DNA from: an uncultured Gemmatimonadaceae bacterium
GTDB lineage: Bacteria > Gemmatimonadota > Gemmatimonadetes > Gemmatimonadales > Gemmatimonadaceae
DNA: 64,000 nucleotides
Direction of reading: 5' to 3'
NCBI GenBank assembly: GCA_963716745.1
Contig: OY970320.1
Coordinates: forward strand, 1,728,001-1,792,000
This document shows positions 51,268 through 60,127 of the stretch, one piece after another (position 1 is the stretch's first letter; each line of letters opens with the position of its first letter). A program made the position numbers and the translations under genes. The notes under the pieces were generated by a model. The model saw nothing but the letters and a program-made list of their open reading frames with translations, did not search any database and was not told where the DNA came from.

Positions 51268-52580
51268 GCGCGGTGCAGCGCTACATCGATCAGCAGGCGG
51301 CGTTCTCGGCGAACGGCGGCCGTTCGGCGCCCGCGTGGCTGCGCGATGCTCGCCGCGCGGCGATCGCGCGCTTCGAGACGCTCGGCTTCCCCACGATGAA
51401 GAACGAGGATTGGCATTTCACGAATGCCGCGCCGATCGCCGCCGCGGAGTTCGCCTTGCTGCACGGCGATCCGGCGCCGGTGAGCGCTTCGGCCCTCGCG
51501 CCGTACCGCTTCGATGCGTCCTGGCCGACGCTGGTGTTCGTGAACGGGCGATTCCGCGCGGAGCTCTCAAGCGGCGCGCCCGGCGCCGGCGTGCGCGCGA
51601 TGGACATGCCGCGCGCGTGGCGCGAGACGCCCGAGTTGCTCGAACGGCATCTCACGCGCATCGCGACGTCGGACAGTGCGTCGTTCACGGCGCTGAACAC
51701 CGCCTTCCTCGACGACGGGGCGGTGATCCACATCGGCGCGGACGTCGAAGCCGCCGCGCCGGTGCACCTCATCTTCGTCGCCGACGAGCGGGCGGCCAAC
51801 GGCGCGGCGCACGTGCGCAACCTGATCGTCGCCGAGCGCGGGGCACAGGCGGGCGTGGTGGAGAGCTATGTGTCCATCGGCGCGGCGCGGTACTTCACGA
51901 ACGCGGTCACCGAGCTGCACGTGGGCGACGGCGCGACCGTGCGCCACGTGAAGGTGCAGCGCGAGAGCGAGCGCGCGTACCACGTGCACACCGTGCAGGC
52001 CGTGCAGGGGCGCGACAGCCACTTCCAGAGCTTCTCGTTCGCGAGCGGCGCGGCGCTCTCGCGCACGAACATCTATACCGCGCTCGCCGGCCCGGGCTGC
52101 GGCGCCACGCTGAACGGTCTGTACATGACCGACGGCGAGCAGCACGTCGATCACCAGACGCGCATCGAGCACATCGCGCCGAACTGCTTCAGCCGGGAAC
52201 TCTACAAGGGGATCCTGGGCGGGGCGTCGCACGGCGTGTTCAACGGCAAGGTGTACGTGCACCCCGAGGCGCAGAAGACCGACGGGAAGCAGACCAACGC
52301 GAACCTGCTCCTCTCCGAGCGCGCGCGCGTGGACACCAAGCCGCAGCTCGAGATCTTCGCCGACGATGTGAAGTGCACGCACGGCGCCACCGTGGGCCGC
52401 CTGGATCCGAACGCGCTGTTCTACCTCGAGAGCCGCGGGATCGGCGGCGATCTCGCGCGCCGCTTGCTCACGTACGCGTTCGCGGCCGATGTCATCGAGA
52501 CGATCGAGTTCGCGCCGGTGCGCGAGCAGCTGGAATCGCTCTCGCTCGCGCGATTCGCCGGCGTGGGGGCCGGCGCCTGA
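51264..52580 (+). CDS. sufD: Fe-S assembly protein SufD
   Basis: GFPT.K.EDW.FT, ALNTAF, VFNGK, TKPQLEIFADDVKCTHGATVG. Confidence 0.95.
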   Translation: MSAVQRYIDQQAAFSANGGRSAPAWLRDARRAAIARFETLGFPTMKNEDWHFTNAAPIAAAEFALLHGDPAPVSASALAPYRFDASWPTLVFVNGRFRAELSSGAPGAGVRAMDMPRAWRETPELLERHLTRIATSDSASFTALNTAFLDDGAVIHIGADVEAAAPVHLIFVADERAANGAAHVRNLIVAERGAQAGVVESYVSIGAARYFTNAVTELHVGDGATVRHVKVQRESERAYHVHTVQAVQGRDSHFQSFSFASGAALSRTNIYTALAGPGCGATLNGLYMTDGEQHVDHQTRIEHIAPNCFSRELYKGILGGASHGVFNGKVYVHPEAQKTDGKQTNANLLLSERARVDTKPQLEIFADDVKCTHGATVGRLDPNALFYLESRGIGGDLARRLLTYAFAADVIETIEFAPVREQLESLSLARFAGVGAGA

Positions 52581-52903
52581 TGGATGGCTACGAGCCGCTC
52601 GCGCGCGTGGAGGACCTGCCCGCCGGCGCGCTCCTCGGCGTGAAGACGTCGGGCGGCGAGCATGTGTGTCTCGTGAACGATCGCGGCACCATCCACGCGG
52701 TGTCGGGATTGTGTTCGCACCAGGAGTTCCCGCTCGACGACGGCACGCTCCTGACGGGCGGTCGCATCGAGTGCGCGTGGCACGGCAGCCAGTTCGAGCT
52801 CGTGAGCGGCGCGCCGCTGACGCCGCCGGCCGAGGAACGCATCGCGGTATACCGCGTGATGGTCATTGGCGGCATGGTGTGCGTGGGAGCGCGGCGCGGA
52901 TGA
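52580..52903 (+). CDS. Rieske [2Fe-2S] ferredoxin
   Basis: CSH...CAWHGSQF. Confidence 0.92.
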   Translation: MDGYEPLARVEDLPAGALLGVKTSGGEHVCLVNDRGTIHAVSGLCSHQEFPLDDGTLLTGGRIECAWHGSQFELVSGAPLTPPAEERIAVYRVMVIGGMVCVGARRG

Positions 52904-54129
52904 GTGCCCTCGCACCGCGCGCCGATTTCCCGCTGCTCGCCGCGGACCGCCAGCTGGTGTACCTCGACAGCGCCGCCACCGCGCAGAAGCCGCAGGCAGT
53001 GCTGGATGCGATCGCGGAGTTCTACTCGCGCGATTATGCCAACCCGCATCGCGGCGCCTATGCGCTCTCCGCACGCGCGACGTCCGCCTATCGCGGCGCG
53101 CGGCATCGGCTGGCGCGCTTCTTCGGAGTGGCCGACGCCGACACGCTGCTGTTCACCAGCGGGTGCACCGCCGCGCTGAACCTGGTGGCCACTGCGTGGG
53201 GGCGTACCAACGTGCGTGCCGGCGACCGGATCATCGTCACCGCGGCGGAGCACCATGGGAATTTCGTCCCATGGCAGCAACTCGCGCTCGAGCGCGGCGC
53301 GGAATTCTCGATCGCGCCGCTGGGCGACGACGGTACCGTGGACCTCGCGGCGCTCGGCGCGATGCTGGACGCGCGCACCAAGGTGGTGGCGTTCAACCAC
53401 GTGTCGAACGTGCTGGGCGCCGTGAACCCGGTGGGTGAGATCGCGTCGCTCGTGCGCGCCCGGGCGATCAATGCCGTGACCGTGTGCGATGGCGCGCAGG
53501 CGGCGCCGCACATGCCGGTGGCGATCGATGCGCTGGGCGTGGACTTCTACGCCTTCGGCGGCCACAAGATGTTCGGCCCGATGGGCGTGGGCGTGCTCGT
53601 GGGACGGCGGACGCTGCTCGAAGCGATGCCGCCGTACCAGAGCGGCGGCGACATGATCGAGTTCGTGCACGACGATCACAGCACCTGGAACGTGCTGCCG
53701 CACAAGTTCGAGGCCGGCACGCCGAACGTCGAGGGCGCGGTGGGTCTCGCGGCGGCGGCGGACTACCTGGAGAAATTCGGGATGGCCGCGGTGCACGCGC
53801 ACGGCAGCGCGCTCGCGTCGCGCGCGATCGGGCAGATCGAAAAACTCGAGAGTGCGCGCGTGTTCGGACCGCCCGCCGGCGCGGATCGCGGCGGCGTGGT
53901 GAGCTTCACCCTGGCCGACGTGCATCCGCACGACCTGTCGTCCATCCTCGATGCGCGCGGCATCTGCATCCGTGCCGGCCACCACTGTGCGCAGCCGCTC
54001 ATGCGGCGCCTCGGCGTGGGGTCCACCGCGCGCGCTTCGTTTTCCATCTACAACGATGAGCACAATGTGGATGCGCTCATCGGCGGCCTGCGCGCCGCTC
54101 TCGAATTGTTCGGGCATGTCTCCGTCTGA
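52900..54129 (+). CDS. sufS: Cysteine desulfurase SufS
   Basis: YLDSAAT.QKP, EHH.N, DGAQ, GHKM, EAGTP, RAGHHCAQP. Confidence 0.95.
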   Translation: MSALAPRADFPLLAADRQLVYLDSAATAQKPQAVLDAIAEFYSRDYANPHRGAYALSARATSAYRGARHRLARFFGVADADTLLFTSGCTAALNLVATAWGRTNVRAGDRIIVTAAEHHGNFVPWQQLALERGAEFSIAPLGDDGTVDLAALGAMLDARTKVVAFNHVSNVLGAVNPVGEIASLVRARAINAVTVCDGAQAAPHMPVAIDALGVDFYAFGGHKMFGPMGVGVLVGRRTLLEAMPPYQSGGDMIEFVHDDHSTWNVLPHKFEAGTPNVEGAVGLAAAADYLEKFGMAAVHAHGSALASRAIGQIEKLESARVFGPPAGADRGGVVSFTLADVHPHDLSSILDARGICIRAGHHCAQPLMRRLGVGSTARASFSIYNDEHNVDALIGGLRAALELFGHVSV

Positions 54130-54562
54130 CGACGCGCTCAGCGCGATCTATCAGGAGGTGCTGCTCGACCACTACCGGCGGCCGCGCAACCGCGGACCGC
54201 TGCCGCAGGCGAACGTCTCGATCCAGAAGAAGAATCCACTCTGCGGCGACGAGATCACGCTGCAGATCGAGTTCGCGGGGGACACGGTGCAGGATGTGAA
54301 GTTCACCGGCCAAGGCTGCGCGATCTCGCAGGCGTCGGCATCGATGATGACGCAGCAGCTCAAGGGGAAATCGCGCGAGCAGGTGGAGCGTCTCGCGCGC
54401 CGGTTCACCGAGATGGTGCACGGTGACGATGCCGCGGCGCGCGATGCGGCGCTCGGCGATCTTCGCGCGCTCGCCGGCGTGTCGCGGCTGCCGGTGCGTC
54501 TCAAGTGCGCGCTGCTTGCGTGGGGCGCGCTGGCCGAAGCACTCACCGAGGAGCGCGAATAG
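54116..54562 (+). CDS. sufU: SUF system NifU-like protein SufU
   Basis: YQE..LDHY..PRN, NPLCGD, GCAISQAS, R.KCA.L.W. Confidence 0.95.
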   Translation: MSPSDDALSAIYQEVLLDHYRRPRNRGPLPQANVSIQKKNPLCGDEITLQIEFAGDTVQDVKFTGQGCAISQASASMMTQQLKGKSREQVERLARRFTEMVHGDDAAARDAALGDLRALAGVSRLPVRLKCALLAWGALAEALTEERE

Positions 54563-54564
54563 TC

Positions 54565-54858
54565 ATGTATGCGATCGCGATCATCCGCTATCGGCGGCCG
54601 CTCGAGGAGATGCTCAAGGTGGTCGACGCGCACCGCGCGTACCTGGGCGAACTCAAGGCGAAGGGGATCCTGCTCGTGTCCGGGCCATTCGAACCGCGTA
54701 ACGGCGGCGCGATCCTGCTCCGCGTGCCCGATGAGGGCGCGCTCGCGGCACTCGACGCCGTGCGCGACGGCGATCCCTACATCAAGGCCGGCATCGCGCA
54801 GTACGAGATCCTGCCGTGGAAGCCGGGGATCGGCGCGGAGTCGCTCGAGCGGCTCTAG
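54565..54858 (+). CDS. YciI family protein
   Basis: AHRAYL, SGP, GG, DPY. Confidence 0.85.
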   Translation: MYAIAIIRYRRPLEEMLKVVDAHRAYLGELKAKGILLVSGPFEPRNGGAILLRVPDEGALAALDAVRDGDPYIKAGIAQYEILPWKPGIGAESLERL

Positions 54859-56061
54859 TCAGCGGCGCGTGCGGCCGCGCGTCGGCGGCGCCCAATCGGG
54901 CATCATGCGCCGCATGAAATCATCGAACATCGGTACGGTGAACGCCGTGTCGCCTCGCGCTGGGCTGTAGATCATCCCTTTCTGGATCAGGTCGCCGCGG
55001 ATCGGCGCCGCGGCAGTGATCGGCAGCCCGAGCAGGTCCGCGATGGCCGCCGATCGGTGCGAACCCGGGCCGAGCTCCGCCATCGCGCGAACGTAGTCGC
55101 GTTCGCGCGGTGAGAGGCGATCGAACCGCACGCGGAAGAAGCCCGCGTCCAGTGCGCGCAGTGCGTTCTCGGTGGCGCGATCGGCGTCGGCGAGCGTGAT
55201 GGGCGATGCCACCGCGGCATTCCACGCGTGCGAGCCCCACTCCTGCAAGAAATATGGGTAGCGCTCGGTACGCTCGACAATGCGCGCGAGTGCGGCCGGT
55301 GCGATGTCCACTCCTTCATCGATGATCGGCTGGCGGATCGCTTGCGCGGCCGCGGCCGGAGAAAGTGGCCCGACCTCCGGGAAATCGAACAACCGCTCGG
55401 CGTACGATTTCGCTTCGCCTACGAGTCCTGCGAGTTGCGGCAGACCGGCGCCGAAGACGATGAGCGGCAGATCACGCTGGGCGATCTTGTGGATCGAGAC
55501 GATGAGCGCGCCGAGATCGTTCTCGCTGAGGTACTGCACTTCGTCGATGAAGATCGCGACACCCCGCGACGCGGCTTTGGCCGCGCGCGCGACCGCCTCG
55601 AGCAAGGCGGGCAGGTCGGATTCGAGGTCGCCGGAATCGGCGACGCCAGGCTCCGCCTCCACGCTGAACTCCGCGCCGCCGTACTTGACCTTGAACGCGC
55701 TCGCGAACGAACGCAGCACGCGTATGCCTCTGTTCGCGAGTTCGCGCGCATGCGCGATCCCGCTCAACTTGAAGAGCGTAGCGCGCAACGGCGGTACGAG
55801 CATCTCCGCGAGACGGCGGCTCTCGGGCGCTTCCAATACCACCGTCAGATAGTTCTGCATCTCGGCGATCTCGGCGATGCGATTGAGCAACACCGTCTTG
55901 CCGACGCCGCGGAGCCCCAACAGCAGCTGGCTTTTCGCCGGCCGGCCGTCGATCACGCGCTTGAGCGCGACCGTCGCATCGTCGATGATGCTCTCGCGGC
56001 CCGCCAGCTCGGGAGGGCGCGTGCCTGCACCAGGTGCGAATGGGTTCCTTGCTCTGTCCAT
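54859..56061 (-). CDS. AAA+ ATPase (archaeal-ATPase/AAA_16-like) with probable C-terminal winged helix
   Basis: NPF.PG.G..PP.LAGR, GLRGVGKT, IFIDEVQ, YPYFLQ, R..LI.KG.IY, FTVP.F. Confidence 0.85.
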   Translation of the reverse strand: MDRARNPFAPGAGTRPPELAGRESIIDDATVALKRVIDGRPAKSQLLLGLRGVGKTVLLNRIAEIAEMQNYLTVVLEAPESRRLAEMLVPPLRATLFKLSGIAHARELANRGIRVLRSFASAFKVKYGGAEFSVEAEPGVADSGDLESDLPALLEAVARAAKAASRGVAIFIDEVQYLSENDLGALIVSIHKIAQRDLPLIVFGAGLPQLAGLVGEAKSYAERLFDFPEVGPLSPAAAAQAIRQPIIDEGVDIAPAALARIVERTERYPYFLQEWGSHAWNAAVASPITLADADRATENALRALDAGFFRVRFDRLSPRERDYVRAMAELGPGSHRSAAIADLLGLPITAAAPIRGDLIQKGMIYSPARGDTAFTVPMFDDFMRRMMPDWAPPTRGRTRR

Positions 56062-56079
56062 GCGTCGAGAATCGTCCTG

Positions 56080-56150
56080 TGATTTCTTAGCGATTTATCC
56101 AGTATTTATGACTATAATTACTAACTAGTGTAACTAATGGATAAATATGC
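56080..56150. promoter_or_regulatory. AT-rich island bracketed by inverted ATTTATCCA/TGGATAAAT, upstream of the AAA+ gene
   Basis: 9-bp inverted repeat at 56093-56101 and 56138-56146. Confidence 0.5.
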
Positions 56151-56255
56151 CTGATCGAGCCCCGTCGCGCAATTCCGCGAGCCCCGCGGTCATACGAAGG
56201 AATTCTTATGGACGATCGGCCTAAGATCGCTAATTCGGCAGCGCGCGCGCCGGCG

Positions 56256-57281
56256 TCAACATAGATGCACCGCCATCGCCTTGAAGGAGACCCAGACCCG
56301 CTGTCCCTCCGCAAGCGCCAGGTCCTCCGCCGATCGCGTCGTGAGCGCCGCCACGAGCGGCACCCCGTCCACGTCCACCACAGCGCGCGTCAAAGCGCCG
56401 AGCGCCGCGATTTCGGTGACGCGGCCGTGGAACCGGTTCCGCGCCGATGACACGCCCAGTCCCGTCGACAGCGTCACCTCCTCAGCGCGGATCACCGCGT
56501 GGCCCGGACCCGGGTGCGCGTCGCCCACGGTATAGAACGTGAGCGGGCCGGTCGCGAACTCGATCTCACCGTCGCGCACTCGAACTTCCCCCGCGAAAAC
56601 GTTCTCGGCGCCCAGGAACTCGGCGATGTACGGCGATCCCGGAGCGCGGAAGACGGTGTTGGGCGGCCCCGACTGCAGCACGCGGCCCGCATCGAGCAGG
56701 ATCGCGACATCGCCGAGCAGTCCCGCCTCGGTGAAATCGTGCGTCACCTGCAGCACCGTCATGCCGAGTTCGCGGTGCAGCGCGCGCACCTCGCGCCGCA
56801 CTACCGCGCGCCGACGTGGGTCGAGCGTGCTGAACGGCTCGTCGAGCAGCAGCACAGGCGGCCGCGCGGCGATGGCGCGCGCGATGGCTACGACCGCGCG
56901 CTCGCCCCCGCTGAGCGTTCGAACATCGCGCGCCGCGAGCGCATCGGCCCCGACGCGCGCGGCGACAGCGCGTGCGAATGCCGGATCCGTCGCTCCATAG
57001 GCGATGTTCTCCGCCACCGAGAGATGCGGGAAGAGATAGCCGTGCTGGTGCACGAGGCCGATGCCGCGGCTCTCGGGCGGCACGCCGGCGGCATCGCGGT
57101 CGTTGACGATGAGCGTGCCGCCGTCGTGCACGATGAGGCCCGCGATCACTTCGAGCAGCGTGGTCTTGCCCGAACCCGCCGGCCCGATCACCACGCCGTA
57201 CTTGCCACGCGGCACTTCGAACGTGACCTCGCGCAGCGAGAACTCGCCCGCGTGGGCCGAGAGCGATCGGACCGCGATCAT
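56256..57281 (-). CDS. wtpC: Molybdate/tungstate ABC ATP-binding protein with TOBE domain
   Basis: GPAGSGKT, LSGGE, LLLDEP, VTHD, SSARN TOBE. Confidence 0.88.
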   Translation of the reverse strand: MIAVRSLSAHAGEFSLREVTFEVPRGKYGVVIGPAGSGKTTLLEVIAGLIVHDGGTLIVNDRDAAGVPPESRGIGLVHQHGYLFPHLSVAENIAYGATDPAFARAVAARVGADALAARDVRTLSGGERAVVAIARAIAARPPVLLLDEPFSTLDPRRRAVVRREVRALHRELGMTVLQVTHDFTEAGLLGDVAILLDAGRVLQSGPPNTVFRAPGSPYIAEFLGAENVFAGEVRVRDGEIEFATGPLTFYTVGDAHPGPGHAVIRAEEVTLSTGLGVSSARNRFHGRVTEIAALGALTRAVVDVDGVPLVAALTTRSAEDLALAEGQRVWVSFKAMAVHLC

Positions 57282-58078
57282 GCTTCGCTCGCGCGATGCT
57301 CGGGACGCAACGCCCGCAAGGCAACGAGCGGCACGAGCGCGAGCAACACTAAGATGGCCGCGACGGGCAGTGCCTCGGTAAGTCCGTAACTGGTATAGCG
57401 ATCGTAGCTGAGCACGCTCGCGACTCTGGGATTGTACGTGAGCACCACGATCGCGCCGAACTCGCTCACCGCGCGCGCCCACATCACCACGCCCGCGGCG
57501 ATGAGCCCGCGCGTCGCGAGTGGCAGCGTGACGCGGCGGAAGGCGCGCCACGGCGGATCGCCGAGCGTGCGCGCGACGTTCTCGTAGCGCGCGTTCACGC
57601 CGCCGAACGCCTCGCGCGCGGCGCTGATGAACAGCGGCGCCGAGACGAACAGCATCGCCGCGATGATGCCGGCCGGCGAACCCACCACGCGCAGTCCGGC
57701 CGCGAGGAGCGCGCCGCCCACCGCGCTCTGGCGGCCGAGCACGAGCAGCAGCGCCATGCCGGCCACCGGATGCGGCACGAGGAGCGGCAGATCGAGCAGC
57801 GCGGCAAGCAGCGAGCGGCCGCGGAACCGACGTCGTTCGAGGAGATAGGCGAGCGGCGCTCCACCGATCACGCCGAGGAGTGTGGCGACGGTGGCGGTGA
57901 GCGCCGTGAGCGCGAGCGAGTTGCGCAGCTCGGCGTCAGTGAAGAGGCCCGCCGCGCCGGCGGCGCCGCCCGCAGCGACGAGCCGCGCGAGCGGCGCGAG
58001 AAGGAAGAGCAGGAACAGCGAGCCCGCGAGCGCCGCGATCACCGAGGCGGCGCGGTGTGTCGCGCGCGTGCCGTTCAC
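57278..58078 (-). CDS. wtpB: Molybdate/tungstate ABC permease
   Basis: DLP..VPH.VAG.ALL, ARTLG, WARAVSEFGA. Confidence 0.88.
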   Translation of the reverse strand: MNGTRATHRAASVIAALAGSLFLLFLLAPLARLVAAGGAAGAAGLFTDAELRNSLALTALTATVATLLGVIGGAPLAYLLERRRFRGRSLLAALLDLPLLVPHPVAGMALLLVLGRQSAVGGALLAAGLRVVGSPAGIIAAMLFVSAPLFISAAREAFGGVNARYENVARTLGDPPWRAFRRVTLPLATRGLIAAGVVMWARAVSEFGAIVVLTYNPRVASVLSYDRYTSYGLTEALPVAAILVLLALVPLVALRALRPEHRASEA

Positions 58079-59004
58079 GGAGAAGCGGCGCGCGCGACGG
58101 CGTCCGGGGCGCCGGAGCCGATGATCGCCGGACGCGCGAGCACGTCGAGTTTGTTCGCGCGGAGCACGCGCTGTCCGTCGGGCGAGAAGAGATACGCGAC
58201 GAAGCGCGCCGCCAGCACGGCGTGGGGTGCGCCCACCGGAATGGAGAGCGCGAAGACGATCGGCGATCCGCGGAAGGTCACCGAGTCACGCGGCGTATTG
58301 CCCGCGACGCGCACCGACACCGTCGCGTAGCGCGCACTGTCGGCGGGATCGCCGAGATCGATCTCCGCCGGCAACGTCAGATACGAGAGCGACGCGGCCT
58401 GCGCAACCGATTCATATGCCCAGATGTAGTCGAACTCGCCCGCCTGGACGAGCGCGACGAGATCCGCCGATTTCGGACGGATGTTTCGCGGCGGACTCGC
58501 GGCGAGCAGCCGCGCCGCGGCGCCCGGCTGGGCGTAGTACGCCTCGGCGAGCTGCAGCACGAGGAGCGTTCGATAGCCGTTGGGATCCAGATCCGGATTC
58601 GCGCGCCCGGTCTCGACGCCCGGGCGCAGCAGCACCGAGGTCCAATTCTTGGCGGTGATCTCCGAGGCGAACTTGGACTTCGGCGTGTACGCGATCACCA
58701 TGCGATTACGCGCGAACAGCGCGTACCACGTCGTGTATTTTGGGCTCAGGAGCTGGGGGAACACGTCGTAGTCCGCGAGCGCGATCACGTCGGGGATCTT
58801 CCCGAGCTCGGTGAGCTTGCGCGCGGTCTCGAGACTGCCGGCGTTCTCCTGCGCGACGGTGATGCGCTCGTGCGCGGCGAAGCTGTCGGCCGCGGCGCGA
58901 AGCGGTCGGCCGAGGGAGCCGGCGTTGAAGAGGGTGAGGTCCTGGGCGCTGACACGGCTCCCTGCGAGAGCGAGCGCAATGCACGTGGCGATTCTAAGGC
59001 GCAT
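58075..59004 (-). CDS. wtpA: WtpA-like molybdate/tungstate-binding protein
   Basis: AGSL..P, GS...ARK, ADY, DPNGYR, Y.SVA, LP.EIDL. Confidence 0.85.
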   Translation of the reverse strand: MRLRIATCIALALAGSRVSAQDLTLFNAGSLGRPLRAAADSFAAHERITVAQENAGSLETARKLTELGKIPDVIALADYDVFPQLLSPKYTTWYALFARNRMVIAYTPKSKFASEITAKNWTSVLLRPGVETGRANPDLDPNGYRTLLVLQLAEAYYAQPGAAARLLAASPPRNIRPKSADLVALVQAGEFDYIWAYESVAQAASLSYLTLPAEIDLGDPADSARYATVSVRVAGNTPRDSVTFRGSPIVFALSIPVGAPHAVLAARFVAYLFSPDGQRVLRANKLDVLARPAIIGSGAPDAVARAASP

Positions 59005-59006
59005 GT

Positions 59007-59158
59007 GAGTTCGGGATTCGCGATTCGGGATTCGGGCTCGCACGAACGGAAGTTCGCCGCTCATCCCGCGTGTGGCAACCAATGCACCACAATGGCCGTA
59101 CTGCGTGCGGTGGGAGTAATTTGTGTCGTCCCCGAGTCCCGATATCCCGAGTCCCGAG
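59007..59158. repeat. Two opposed heptamer arrays (CGGGATT / CCCGAGT) abutting divergent start codons
   Basis: ttcgggattcgcgattcgggattcggg (59010-59036) and cccgagtcccgatatcccgagtcccgag (59131-59158). Confidence 0.75.
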
Positions 59159-59164
59159 AAGTTC

Positions 59165-60127
59165 ATGCCCGATTCCGCCGTCGAGATCTCGCACGTCGTC
59201 AAGAAGTACGCCGGTCACGCGGCGGTGAACGATCTGTCGCTCACTGTTCCGCGCGGTTCCGTGTACGGTCTGCTCGGCCCCAATGGCGCCGGGAAGACGA
59301 CCACCATTCGCATGCTGCTCGACATCATCGAGCCCGATGAAGGTTCGATCACGGTGTTCGGCAAGCCGCACGATGCGCGCGGGAGCACCGACAAGATCGG
59401 CTATCTGCCCGAGGAGCGCGGCCTCTACAAGAAGATGCAGGTGCGGCGCGTGCTCCGGTTCCTCGCCGCGCTCAAGGGCGTGCCGCGGCGCGAGGCCGAC
59501 CGCCGCATCACCGCGTGGCTGGAACGTCTCGAGCTCAAGACCGCCGAGAAGGACTGGGGACTCGCGAAGGTGGACGAGCTCTCGCGCGGCATGCAGCAGA
59601 AGGTGCAGTTCATCGGTGCGCTGCTGCACGAGCCGGAGCTCGTGATCCTCGACGAACCGTTCAGCGGGCTCGATCCGATCAACGCGCAGGCGCTCAAGGA
59701 CATCATGATCGATCTCCGCAACCAAGGGCGCACGGTGGTGTTCAGCACGCACTTGATGGACAGCGCCGAGCGCATGTGCGACTCAGTGTGCATCATCGCG
59801 CGCGGACGCAAAGTGCTCGACGGCGGCGTGGCCGCGGTGAAGGCGCAGCATGGGGGCCGCTTCGTGGCGCTCTCCTTGTCGCATGGCGCGCCGGCCGCGG
59901 GGGCGGTGCTCGCCGACGCGTCGCTGGTCGCCCGCGCCGACGACTCGAACCGCTCGCTGGAGATCGAGCTCGCGCGCGGTGCCGACGCGCAGCAACTGCT
60001 CAAGCGTCTCGTGGACGCCGGCGCCGGTATCGAGCGCTTCGAGCTCGTGCAGCCGTCGCTGCACCGGATCTTCCTCGACGCGGTGGGCGCCACCGGCGTG
60101 GAAGAGGGAGTGACCGGCCATGGGTAA
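59165..60127 (+). CDS. ABC-2 exporter ATP-binding protein (YhaQ/NatA-like)
   Basis: GPNGAGKTT, GYLPEERGLY, LSRGMQQK, ILDEPFSGLDP. Confidence 0.92.
   Translation: MPDSAVEISHVVKKYAGHAAVNDLSLTVPRGSVYGLLGPNGAGKTTTIRMLLDIIEPDEGSITVFGKPHDARGSTDKIGYLPEERGLYKKMQVRRVLRFLAALKGVPRREADRRITAWLERLELKTAEKDWGLAKVDELSRGMQQKVQFIGALLHEPELVILDEPFSGLDPINAQALKDIMIDLRNQGRTVVFSTHLMDSAERMCDSVCIIARGRKVLDGGVAAVKAQHGGRFVALSLSHGAPAAGAVLADASLVARADDSNRSLEIELARGADAQQLLKRLVDAGAGIERFELVQPSLHRIFLDAVGATGVEEGVTGHG

Noticed and set aside
50604..52580. SufC-SufD fusion (658-aa ORF)
   Set aside because: A +1 error near 51195 hides the normal SufC end ([16 protein letters not shown]), which overlaps the sufD GTG.
56080..56150. Chromosomal origin (oriC)
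   Set aside because: Only two 7/9 DnaA-box matches, and no dnaA/dnaN/gidA context.
59005..59164. Moco/Tuco riboswitch upstream of the wtp operon
   Set aside because: No recognisable conserved GNRA-capped multi-stem pattern by eye. A covariance search would be needed to exclude it.
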